Shown one piece after another: positions 7,089-16,310 of a stretch of DNA of 35,897 nucleotides. The position numbers were made by a program, and so were the translations under genes. Numbering within the stretch: position 1 is the stretch's first letter; each line of letters begins with the position of its first letter. The DNA is from an archaeon. GTDB lineage: Archaea > Nanobdellota > Nanobdellia > Pacearchaeales > GW2011-AR1. The DNA lies in assembly GCA_030639065.1 (NCBI GenBank), contig DAOWDJ010000006.1, positions 1 through 35,897 on the forward strand, written 5' to 3'. The notes under the pieces were generated by a model. That model was not told the DNA's origin. It made no database searches and worked only from the letters and a program-made list of their open reading frames with translations.

Positions 7089-9829
7089 TATACTCTTCTT
7101 TGAAATCTAGATTTATTAATCTTTCTCCGCATTTGTTGTCTATTCTTAGTAATAATATTTTTATTATACGCGCCAACAGGCAACGGACCTTTGGCTACAA
7201 CTTTTGCAGCCTGCACATTTCTTGCCTTTCTATTTCTCGAAAATGCTGCAATTTTCTCAATCGGAATAATTTCAACTAAGCCCGTTCTCCTCCCTCTTGA
7301 CTTTCTAATAATATAATTAACTCGCTCACTGGACCAACCCCTCTTCCTCAATATTACGGCAATCCTCGAATCTTTCTTTCCTTGCGCTCTAGCATTCGTT
7401 ACATACATCAGAAGATTATACATTTGCCGACCATCCTTAAATAAATACTTCTCATACTTATGCTTATACCAAACCTGCAAAATAGTATAGATAATCAAAA
7501 CAAATACCAATGCTAGAAATACATAAATAACTGCTTCTGTTACTGGCTTACAATCGCTTCTGCAATTAATTGAATTTTCTCCATACTCCTCTTCACAAAC
7601 TAAATTATAATTACAACTTGTATCTATCGCACTCTCAAGAAGTATAGAACCTAATTTTGGAGAAATAAAAAATGATATTGCTTCCTCATTTTCATAATAA
7701 AATTCAAACGAAACATCCTCTTCGCTGCCCAAGACAATAACTGTTGCATCTCCCGCTTCTTTAGCTCCAACATCATTCTTAAAAAATAACTCACTAAGTG
7801 GCATATTAATTATAAAATAACTCTCCTCATTACTCCTAGAACTAATGTCAAAACTATATGTATTGAAAACTCCATTACTATCTCCATTCCATAAAGAAAT
7901 CAAAAATTCTTTTTTATCAAAACTTACATCAATATTTTCATTCTGCCAAACCAAAATAGGTTCTCTATAATATGTGCTATCTACCTCGCTTTCATCCCCT
8001 CCAGCTATGACAACGGCCTCAACATTAACGTCCTCAGCTTCAGTTATTAGATAAGAGCTATGATAGTCCTCAATATTAATTCTAGTTGGAATGTTTAACG
8101 TATAAAGATACTTAGCTATATCAACAAAATTCTGATCACTAGCAGCACTTTCTTTTGCTTCATCCAATCTATCTAGCTCATCATAAAAGAAAGTAGCATT
8201 GACGATATTTAATAATGCATCTTTATACCAAAAAGTAAAATTACTAAAACTAGAATTAATCTTATTTAAAGCATTTCTCTTAGATACTAGGTTTATATCC
8301 ACAGCCGCCCTAGGGCTAATAGCCTCAATTTCAAAACTTCTTTTAGATGTTAGACCTAGTCCGGCCCCAACTTCAAGATTCAATGTATAGTTACCTAAAT
8401 TTGCATAACTATGCGAAATACTAGGCTCACTTGTCGTGACAACCTTACCATCTCCGAAATCCCATTTATAACTTAATGAACTATTGTCATTAAAATTAAC
8501 TTTAGCATAAAATTGAATAGGCACACCCGCAGGAGGATTTAATGGAGAAACCGAAAAAATCTCTGGCACTAATAAAATTTCCATCACTTTACCAAAAAGT
8601 TCTTCCCCTCCAAGCTTAACAATATAATCCATACTTTTGGAAACACTAAACCCAAGCATCTCTAAATCGAGAACACCATCAAAATTAATCATAACCGAGC
8701 TAACATTTAATTCATAAATACGATCTTCGTCATCACCAAGCTCTCCCCCCTCTTTGTACGCCAAAGCTATGTCAGAAATACTAACATTTTGAGAAACCCC
8801 CGAAAAAACTAAAGGCAAAACACAACCTTCCGAACAATCTTTATCATATCTTTCTTCAATAATTTCATTGGCCATATCAAGCAATTCCTCATTCAAATCA
8901 CCATTATTAAATTCATTCCATTCAAGCCAACTAGAATCAGCATACTTTAAAGATTGAACAAAAATTCCATAATCTTTTACACTTTCTGTCTGACTTGACG
9001 GACCTACAAAGCCACAGTTTTCACCAACACTCTCCTCATAGATATAATAATCTGTATCCCCTGCTGCACTAATACAAACATAATAATCACCAACAGAAGA
9101 ATCTTCATTTATAAAACAACCCTCCTCTCCTAAGCTCGGGTTAAAATCACATGTCCCAAAAGTCCCACCAACGCTATTTTCAGAATAAACACTCATTGTT
9201 AAATCACTCGTTTCATCATTTGATATAGATACATCAGCCCCTACTCTCAATCCCCCACTATTTGGAATATTAATAAGCTCACAATAAAGCGAATCTCCAA
9301 TACGACGATCACCAGTTGTTCTACTAACCTTATCATAACATCCCCAATCTTTAGGTAAAAATGTAGTTGAAAATTCATTGAATTTCCAAAGCTCTTCCTC
9401 AAAAAATTTAATAATCAAAGGCATCCTATAACTTTCGTCAAAATCACTTTCTATACTAAAGCTCAAACCAGTTAAAACAACACTATCTCCATATAGGACA
9501 AATCCAATAGTCTTTTCCCCAGAAGAAGGAACACTAAAAGTCTCACCAGCAATATTTCCCAAAGGTTCATATCCATTCATACAACCAGAAGGGGAACACC
9601 CAAAATCTGCAGAGTTGAATTCCAAAAAATCTATAAGTCCAATCTCATCGTCATTATTAGATTCTATCTTAGCATCATAATCCGCCTCACTAATTGTTAG
9701 GTTAATTTCCCCTTTAATTATCTCAGACGGAAGAGAAATATTGCTAACATTTACATCGTGCACTGTAACCGCGCCCAAAGCAAATTCGCCAAACATACAA
9801 AGTAAAACTAATAACAACCACTTTTTCAT
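7088..9829 (-). CDS. large surface protein: signal peptide, PKD domain, C-terminal TM helix and 125-aa basic cytoplasmic tail
   Basis: Signal peptide MKKWLLLVLLCMFGEFALGA. PKD motif YKWDFGDGKVV...NYTLNLEV. TM helix AVIYVFLALVFVLIIYTILQVWY. SD GGTGAT upstream. Confidence 0.8.
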   Translation of the reverse strand: MKKWLLLVLLCMFGEFALGAVTVHDVNVSNISLPSEIIKGEINLTISEADYDAKIESNNDDEIGLIDFLEFNSADFGCSPSGCMNGYEPLGNIAGETFSVPSSGEKTIGFVLYGDSVVLTGLSFSIESDFDESYRMPLIIKFFEEELWKFNEFSTTFLPKDWGCYDKVSRTTGDRRIGDSLYCELINIPNSGGLRVGADVSISNDETSDLTMSVYSENSVGGTFGTCDFNPSLGEEGCFINEDSSVGDYYVCISAAGDTDYYIYEESVGENCGFVGPSSQTESVKDYGIFVQSLKYADSSWLEWNEFNNGDLNEELLDMANEIIEERYDKDCSEGCVLPLVFSGVSQNVSISDIALAYKEGGELGDDEDRIYELNVSSVMINFDGVLDLEMLGFSVSKSMDYIVKLGGEELFGKVMEILLVPEIFSVSPLNPPAGVPIQFYAKVNFNDNSSLSYKWDFGDGKVVTTSEPSISHSYANLGNYTLNLEVGAGLGLTSKRSFEIEAISPRAAVDINLVSKRNALNKINSSFSNFTFWYKDALLNIVNATFFYDELDRLDEAKESAASDQNFVDIAKYLYTLNIPTRINIEDYHSSYLITEAEDVNVEAVVIAGGDESEVDSTYYREPILVWQNENIDVSFDKKEFLISLWNGDSNGVFNTYSFDISSRSNEESYFIINMPLSELFFKNDVGAKEAGDATVIVLGSEEDVSFEFYYENEEAISFFISPKLGSILLESAIDTSCNYNLVCEEEYGENSINCRSDCKPVTEAVIYVFLALVFVLIIYTILQVWYKHKYEKYLFKDGRQMYNLLMYVTNARAQGKKDSRIAVILRKRGWSSERVNYIIRKSRGRRTGLVEIIPIEKIAAFSRNRKARNVQAAKVVAKGPLPVGAYNKNIITKNRQQMRRKINKSRFQRRV

Positions 9830-9994
9830 TTTTTAATCACCATCTTAACAAAATGAAACATGAAACTTCTTCGAAGTTACTTTTTCATAGAATAAAATAA
9901 CAACTATACTTTATAAATTTTCTGCAGAAAATTTATTCATGAAACATTTTTAATGTTACTTTATAAAACTTTCAAATTACTTTCTTTTAATATC

Positions 9995-10933
9995 TTAGTT
10001 GTTTCTAAAGAAATAATGCATTCCAATAACTAATAAAGAAATAAAAAATGCAAACAAACTAAATCCAGACAACTTAATTGTCGGCTCTCCACAAAATCTT
10101 TCATCCTCCCCACCATTACATTCAAACACCTCTAAACACTCTTCAGGAATAATATCACTAGTAAATCCCGCTATCGCAGTACTATCCGAGAACCATCTTA
10201 CATCTTGTTTCCCATCTATACACTCACCAAGTTCATAGATATTTGAGCACGAGAAAATACTTTGTATAGTAGAATTATCATAACCCGCTTCCACCGCAGA
10301 ATAGGTAATTCTACATTCTTTACCAGGAATAGAACCATTGTACCATTTACACTCATATCTCTCAACCGGAATTGACCAAACTCTGCCTGCACATTCTATA
10401 TAAGTCCCACTAAGCTCCGTCCCAATTCCAATTTGACCAAAATTAAATTCATCTGTTCCACATAACAATTCAGTATTATAATAATCACACCCATAATTTG
10501 TAAGATCATCCACACACTTTCCACTCTCTAGTAATTCTAACCACGTACAACCCCCTTCAGCACATTCGCCTGAGTTCACATAATCCACACAAGGTTCGGT
10601 CCTAGCTATACACCGAAACTCTCCCCCCCCAACATCTTCACAAGCCATATCACGAGGACAACAATAAGGTTCTCCTTCAGTATAATCATCTCTCCCTCTA
10701 GAGCACCCTAGTCCAACTTCCCTAGTTATCCACCCATCCTTATCTTCATCACAATAAAATTCCCCAAACGAATCCCCAATGGAACACTCACCAGGTGCAA
10801 CACCAACATTTTCACCTTCAAAATCAAAAATACATCCCCCAATATTAAAATCTGTAACAGTTGAAGATTGCCCACTAACACTAGAAAAACTAACCAAAAA
10901 AATCCCCAACAAAATTAATACCTTCAACCTCAT
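9995..10933 (-). CDS. Cys-rich secreted protein with C-terminal membrane anchor (start moved to MRLKVLILLG)
   Basis: Signal peptide, many Cys residues spread through the ectodomain, and a C-terminal hydrophobic segment LFAFFISLLVIGMHYFF. Confidence 0.65.
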   Translation of the reverse strand: MRLKVLILLGIFLVSFSSVSGQSSTVTDFNIGGCIFDFEGENVGVAPGECSIGDSFGEFYCDEDKDGWITREVGLGCSRGRDDYTEGEPYCCPRDMACEDVGGGEFRCIARTEPCVDYVNSGECAEGGCTWLELLESGKCVDDLTNYGCDYYNTELLCGTDEFNFGQIGIGTELSGTYIECAGRVWSIPVERYECKWYNGSIPGKECRITYSAVEAGYDNSTIQSIFSCSNIYELGECIDGKQDVRWFSDSTAIAGFTSDIIPEECLEVFECNGGEDERFCGEPTIKLSGFSLFAFFISLLVIGMHYFFRNN

Positions 10934-11021
10934 AAGTATTATACAAACCACCTCTTTATAAATATTATCAAAATTCACTCAGCAAAATCGTTTAAAAAAT
11001 AAGTCCTAGATGAATACAAAC

Positions 11022-12398
11022 CTAATCTATTTCTACCCTCAATGTAGCTGAATTTTTTCCAAAAACAGGGAATGCCCACCAAAACTTATAAGCCCGTTCC
11101 TCATCTGTTCCAAGATATACTTTCTCTACGCCCTCATCACCCGGATTAAATTCCCAATACCAGCTAAATAAATTCTGACCAGGAATAAGTAATTTTAAAT
11201 CCCCACTACTATCAATCTTTATACCTCGAGTAGTAGAGGCATCAAACCAAACATCACTATCATCGATATTACTATAATCTTTAGGCTCCAAAATACATGC
11301 CGCAGTATAATTTTTATTAGAAGTATAGGTACCGTCCACATCTCTATCTAAAATCATAATATTAGAAATTGCTCTAGCTTCATCCCCTCTGCTATTCTCA
11401 ACACTAACAACAATCTGAAAATCTCCGGCACTATCAAATTCTTCGTCAAGAATAATTCCTCCGTTACTAAAATTTATATTCTCGCCATTAACACTAATCA
11501 TTCCAAAAATCTCATTATCTGCATCATCTGCATCTACCTCAATTTTAAGTATAGTACTTTTGTTAAAATAATCTCCACATTCCGGCGATAAAATTGCAAC
11601 ACTCATCGGATCGTCATCTCTCTTAACATTAACTTTTAGCATATCACTTCTCTTATCATTAATCTCAAAATAAAACCCCTCAAAACCTTCAAGTAAAGGA
11701 AAATTTGACGCTTCATCTAAATCTGCCTGAGTTATCTCCCATTTCCCAATAACTCTATTTTCAACTACCTCACCAGAAATTCCTGCACTTTCAACCCTAA
11801 TTTCATCACGACCAAGCATGCCATCATCATCAAAAATTTCAAAAGTACTTTCAGATGTTCCCGTCACAACCATCTTAACAACATCTCCTAAATTCGCCTC
11901 CACAATCTCATTCCCATCCATATCTCCCCAATAAATAGTTGGCATAGCTATACAACAAACTTTTATAGGATAATCCATATTTAATGCATCCGAGATATGT
12001 GCATTAGAATAATCAGACATCCTCACCACAACCTGCCCACCATTCTCACAGCCATTATCTTCACTTCCAAGTTCATATTCACACTCCATCCCCCCATAAC
12101 AAACATCATTAGCATAAACCAAATCACTTTCATTTGATGCATGTGCATTCGTCACAGAAGACAAACTTAAAATTCTATTGTCTTCATCACAATCATGCAA
12201 TCTCTCTCCATTATATCTAGAATCAAAAATATCATTATAACAAATATCGTAAGTATAAAAACTATCATTCCATAAAGCACCATGAGAATTATCAGAACTA
12301 TATAATTTCATTATTGTCTGGTCGGGTTCACAACTTCCAGCACTAGCAACTCCAATAAACAAAATCAAAATGAATACTGTTACCAACCCCTTTTTCAT
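11022..12398 (-). CDS. secreted protein with a Cys-rich N-terminal half
   Basis: Signal peptide MKKGLVTVFILILFIGVASAGSC. TATA-like TTTAAATAG about 30 nt upstream. Confidence 0.65.
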   Translation of the reverse strand: MKKGLVTVFILILFIGVASAGSCEPDQTIMKLYSSDNSHGALWNDSFYTYDICYNDIFDSRYNGERLHDCDEDNRILSLSSVTNAHASNESDLVYANDVCYGGMECEYELGSEDNGCENGGQVVVRMSDYSNAHISDALNMDYPIKVCCIAMPTIYWGDMDGNEIVEANLGDVVKMVVTGTSESTFEIFDDDGMLGRDEIRVESAGISGEVVENRVIGKWEITQADLDEASNFPLLEGFEGFYFEINDKRSDMLKVNVKRDDDPMSVAILSPECGDYFNKSTILKIEVDADDADNEIFGMISVNGENINFSNGGIILDEEFDSAGDFQIVVSVENSRGDEARAISNIMILDRDVDGTYTSNKNYTAACILEPKDYSNIDDSDVWFDASTTRGIKIDSSGDLKLLIPGQNLFSWYWEFNPGDEGVEKVYLGTDEERAYKFWWAFPVFGKNSATLRVEID

Positions 12399-12434
12399 AA
12401 TCTACAAAGAATAATATACTATTTAAATCTTATC

Positions 12435-12542
12435 TAATAATTTTAATTCTTACTAAGCTTAGACGAGGCGGACGAACTCGTAGTGTGTATCAACACATGA
12501 GAATTCGTTCAACAAAGTATGAATCAGAAAGAATAAAAATTA
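12435..12542. repeat. element B: paralogue of element A, with imperfect inverted T-rich ends
   Basis: Shares TTAGACGAG, TAT[TC]AACA and CAAC[GA]AAGTAT[AG]AATCA blocks with element A. Its right end contains the rtcB stop codon. The central hairpin is CGAACTC..GTGTG-TATCAA-CACAT..GAGAATTCG. Confidence 0.55.
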
Positions 12543-13937
12543 TCCAATAATAACAATCACTGGCTTTAATCTTGCAACCTTTTTCCCAAGTCCCGCCTCA
12601 TCCGAAATACGAATAACTTCATCAATATCTTTATAAGAAAAAGGAGATTCCTCAACCATCCCCTTCTGTCCTCCAAACTCAACGAAAACACCTCGTTCAG
12701 CCATATCTATTTTTGCATCCTCAAAACTCATCATCTTATGAGCCTCACTTCGACTCCGAGCCCGACCAGCCCCATGTGCCGTAGAACCCCAAGAAATTTC
12801 TTCCGCTTTTTTTGTCCCACATAAAACGTAACTCGCCGTCCCCATCGATCCAGGAATCAAAACGGGCTGACCAACCTTCCGATAAATCTTAGGAACCTCA
12901 ACTCGCCCAGGACCAAAACTTCTAGTCGCCCCCTTTCTCATAACTAAAACTTCTTTATTCCCAAACTTTTCAAATTTCGCAATATTATGACAAACATCAT
13001 AAACTACATCTGCCTTGAAATCCGGAAAATAATGTTTCATATCCTCACGAATAAAATGCGTGATTATCTGTTTATTCGCAAACGCAAAATTTGCTGCACA
13101 TGCCATCGCGCCCAAATAATCCTGTCCAAGTTTAGATTTAATCGGTACATTTGCCAACTCCCTACTAAAACTCGGATAACCATATTTATCCCCTATCAAT
13201 TTGATATAATCTGATGCAACCTGATGTCCGAATCCACGAGAACCACAATGAATTAAAATAACGACCTGTCCAGTCTCCAATCCAAAAACCTCAGCAACGT
13301 TTTTATCGAAGATTTCATCGACAACTAAAATATCCAAAAAATGATTTCCGGCACCAAGAGTTCCTAATTGATGCATCCCCCGCCCCTTAGCTCTCTGTGA
13401 CACCACCAAAGGATTCGCCCCCATCATTTTTCCTTCCTCCTCGGTATACAACCAATCTGCTTTCTCTCCATAACCCTTTTCAACAGCCCATTGTGCTCCA
13501 CCTGTTAAAACCTCATCCAATTCTTTATTATTCAATGATAATTTACCCTTCCCGCCAACTCCAGACGGAATCGCACGAAACAAAGAATGCGCAATTTCTT
13601 TTTCTTTCCCAGCTAAATCTTCCGCCTTCAAATTCGTTTTCAATAACCGTACCGAACAATTTATATCATAACCAATACCCCCTGGTGAAATCACACCCTC
13701 ATCAGCATCAAAAGCTGCAACGCCACCAATTGGAAATCCATATCCCAAATGCATATCTGGCATAGCATAACTTGCCTTCAAAATCCCAGGTAATTTCGCA
13801 ACATTTTTCACCTGCTCTAAACACTTACTATCAAAATCTTTAGCAAAACTTTCACTAGCGAAAATTCGTCCCGGAACATTCATCTCACCCTCGATAGGAA
13901 TCTCCCACTCCATATCATTTATTTTCTTAAGTTTCAT
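12540..13937 (-). CDS. rtcB: RNA 3'-phosphate ligase RtcB (tRNA-splicing ligase)
   Basis: Motifs GYDINCSVR, HCGSRGFGHQVA and HGAGR. Typical length of 465 aa. Confidence 0.95.
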   Translation of the reverse strand: MKLKKINDMEWEIPIEGEMNVPGRIFASESFAKDFDSKCLEQVKNVAKLPGILKASYAMPDMHLGYGFPIGGVAAFDADEGVISPGGIGYDINCSVRLLKTNLKAEDLAGKEKEIAHSLFRAIPSGVGGKGKLSLNNKELDEVLTGGAQWAVEKGYGEKADWLYTEEEGKMMGANPLVVSQRAKGRGMHQLGTLGAGNHFLDILVVDEIFDKNVAEVFGLETGQVVILIHCGSRGFGHQVASDYIKLIGDKYGYPSFSRELANVPIKSKLGQDYLGAMACAANFAFANKQIITHFIREDMKHYFPDFKADVVYDVCHNIAKFEKFGNKEVLVMRKGATRSFGPGRVEVPKIYRKVGQPVLIPGSMGTASYVLCGTKKAEEISWGSTAHGAGRARSRSEAHKMMSFEDAKIDMAERGVFVEFGGQKGMVEESPFSYKDIDEVIRISDEAGLGKKVARLKPVIVIIG

Positions 13938-13971
13938 AACAAAGAAACAATTATTAAATTAATAAAGCTCT

Positions 13972-14802
13972 CTATTGCTTAAATAACGCTCTCGCCCCAG
14001 TCGTAATCAACAAAGTCACTACGAGTAAAATAAAAGAATGTTTAAACCCATGCTTAATACTCCCCTCTGAAATTTTTCCAATTACAAGCCCGGCAAAAAA
14101 AGACTGGATTAAAATCATAACAAATAATGGAGTAGAAAGCGTATCAGAATCTACAGAACTAGTAGTCATAGACATCCCTTCCCCCGACCCACCTAAGTCT
14201 GATACCAATGGCAAAATCTTAAATTCTAAGACCAACATAATAATGATGAAAATAAAAAAAATTAAATAACCCTGTGTAACTAAATTCGAAACTGCCGCCT
14301 TCTTCTCCTTCCTAAGTTGTTCGATCTGATTAACCGAACGAGAAACCGAAGATAAAATTGTATCTATCTTTCCCCCCGCCCTCTCTGCCTCACTAATTAA
14401 ATCAACCGCCCTCGAAATAATTTTGCTCTTTGTATCCTTAGCAAAAGTTGAAAACGCATCTGATAAAGTAATGCCAATTGATAGCTGATTAGCCAATTTA
14501 CTTACATGCTTAGTTAAAGCTCCATAATTCCTTCCACTCAAATTCATAATAGCTTTAGTAATTGGTGTACCAGACTTAACATTCTCAACTAAATCTCTCG
14601 TAAATTCCAAAAACTTTTCCTCTTTTTCCTTGTATCTACTTTGCTTAGAAAGAAGACCAAGCATAAATGGTAACGAACCTACAAAAAAAGAAATAACTAA
14701 TAAAAAATACATTAAATTACTTCCAACAAACATAACTACCGAACCTATCGCCAACAAAACCCCTGCGCCAACTCCAAGCCAATGCATCTTTTCTAATTTC
14801 AT
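13972..14802 (-). CDS. single-domain T2SSF (TadB/TadC/FlaJ-type) platform membrane protein
   Basis: Two N-terminal TM helices, a cytoplasmic helical domain (FLEFTRDLVENVKSGTPITKAI...AFSTFAKD...LISEAERAGGKID), then TM helices. Confidence 0.7.
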   Translation of the reverse strand: MKLEKMHWLGVGAGVLLAIGSVVMFVGSNLMYFLLVISFFVGSLPFMLGLLSKQSRYKEKEEKFLEFTRDLVENVKSGTPITKAIMNLSGRNYGALTKHVSKLANQLSIGITLSDAFSTFAKDTKSKIISRAVDLISEAERAGGKIDTILSSVSRSVNQIEQLRKEKKAAVSNLVTQGYLIFFIFIIIMLVLEFKILPLVSDLGGSGEGMSMTTSSVDSDTLSTPLFVMILIQSFFAGLVIGKISEGSIKHGFKHSFILLVVTLLITTGARALFKQ

Positions 14803-14866
14803 CTAATAAAATACACCATCTTGAAACAATAAAGAAACTCTCATTTATTAACCTTATCAAACTAAT

Positions 14867-15064
14867 TTATTTCCGAGGTATAATTATCCAAGCAAGCAAA
14901 TAAGCAAGGATACCAAATCCGAATCCAAACACAAAAAGAACCCATAATAATCTAACCAATACGGGATCAATCTCAAAATAATCAGCAATCCCGGCACAAA
15001 CACCAGCAATTATAGAATCTTCTCGAGACGCACGATACAATCTTTTTACTTTCTTTTTAACCAT
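14867..15064 (-). CDS. PspC-domain membrane protein
   Basis: LYRASREDSIIAGVCAGIADYFEIDPVLVRLLWVLF is a typical PspC domain, followed by a TM helix. Confidence 0.8.
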   Translation of the reverse strand: MVKKKVKRLYRASREDSIIAGVCAGIADYFEIDPVLVRLLWVLFVFGFGFGILAYLLAWIIIPRK

Positions 15065-15133
15065 AACATAACATAGAAAATTAATTTATAAAATTATGCA
15101 TCACCCGTTTTCCCACTTTGATATATCTCTAAC

Positions 15134-15424
15134 TTACTTATAATTCTTTGAACCAGATGTTTTCCGTCGAGCAATCAAAATAAAAACACTAATAGAAAGT
15201 AAAAATACAACTAAAAACTTACTGACCTCTCCAAACGAAACACGCATAATATCAAAATAATTTGCCGCAAAAATATTTACCCCAATTAACAAAAGTAAAG
15301 CAACCCATCCCTTCCAGTTAACCGGAATGAAATCCCAATCAGAATCACGTATTTTTCTACGCTTTTTAAACCACACATCCTTACCTTCTCCTTTTTTCAC
15401 CACTTTTTTCTCTTTTTCCACCAT
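15134..15424 (-). CDS. small membrane protein, hypothetical
   Basis: K-rich N-terminus and two hydrophobic helices. Confidence 0.5.
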   Translation of the reverse strand: MVEKEKKVVKKGEGKDVWFKKRRKIRDSDWDFIPVNWKGWVALLLLIGVNIFAANYFDIMRVSFGEVSKFLVVFLLSISVFILIARRKTSGSKNYK

Positions 15425-15452
15425 TATCTACCGATTAATCAAGCTAATAAGC

Positions 15453-15460
15453 TTTATATA
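15453..15460 (+). promoter_or_regulatory. TATA box tttatata about 25 nt upstream of the ATG at 15481
   Basis: Consensus gcTTTATATAat in a 56-bp divergent spacer. Confidence 0.6.
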
Positions 15461-15480
15461 ATTTACCAATAACTAATTAT

Positions 15481-16308
15481 ATGAAAAAAATCCCTCAAGA
15501 TATCATCGGAAATATAGCAATTCTAAAATTCCCAAAACGAACCCTCTTTATAATTAAAAAATTAAAGGCAAGAAAATTTCTAAAAGATCATAAAACAGTT
15601 ACCACCGTCGTGGAAAAAACTAAAGGATTTTCTGGAAAGCTTAGAACTATGGAAACAAAACATCTCGCTGGAATAAAAACAAAGCAAACAACTTACAAAG
15701 AAAATGGATGCACTTTTAAATTTAATATAGATAACTCCTATTTTTCTCCAAGACTTTCAAACGAAAGAAAAATAATCTCCGACGAAATAGTTAACCTCGT
15801 CAAAAAAAAGAATATGAAAATTGGGTCTGCCCCAACCAAGGATAATAATAAATCTGTGAGGGTGCTCGTTATGTTCGCAGGTATTTCTCCCTATCCGATT
15901 GTTATTGCAAAAAAATTAAAACAAATAAATAAAAAGGCAAAAATAATTTCTAACGAGTTAAACAAAACCGCAAACAAAGAGTCTTCAAAAAACATATCAT
16001 TAAACAAAGTCCAAGATTATATAACTCTAGTAGATGGAGATGCAAAAAAATTGCCCAATAAATTAAAAGACAAGTTTGATATTATTTTAATGCCGAGACC
16101 TAATTTGAAAGATACATTTTTGAAAACTGCTTTAAAACTTTCCAAATCTGGAACAACAATTTTCTACCACGGATTCGGAACCAAGGAAGAAGTAATAAAT
16201 GAGATTAAAAGAGGTACTGATAATAAGATTGGAAAAATAAAAATCAGAAAAGCCGGCGATATTGGAGCATATAAATTTCGTTGGCAGGCGCAATTTAAAG
16301 TTAAATAA
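15481..16308 (+). CDS. Trm5/Taw2-type (Met-10+ like) tRNA methyltransferase
   Basis: GNIAILKFP, FKFNIDNSYFSPRLSNER and the SAM-site-like VLVMFAGISPYPI. Confidence 0.7.
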   Translation: MKKIPQDIIGNIAILKFPKRTLFIIKKLKARKFLKDHKTVTTVVEKTKGFSGKLRTMETKHLAGIKTKQTTYKENGCTFKFNIDNSYFSPRLSNERKIISDEIVNLVKKKNMKIGSAPTKDNNKSVRVLVMFAGISPYPIVIAKKLKQINKKAKIISNELNKTANKESSKNISLNKVQDYITLVDGDAKKLPNKLKDKFDIILMPRPNLKDTFLKTALKLSKSGTTIFYHGFGTKEEVINEIKRGTDNKIGKIKIRKAGDIGAYKFRWQAQFKVK

Positions 16309-16310
16309 AA

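Noticed and set aside
6953-7279. 108-aa plus-strand ORF across the 86-bp tandem repeat.
   Set aside because: It reads through repeat units and then runs antisense to the conserved C-terminal tail of the 913-aa gene. It has no start context.
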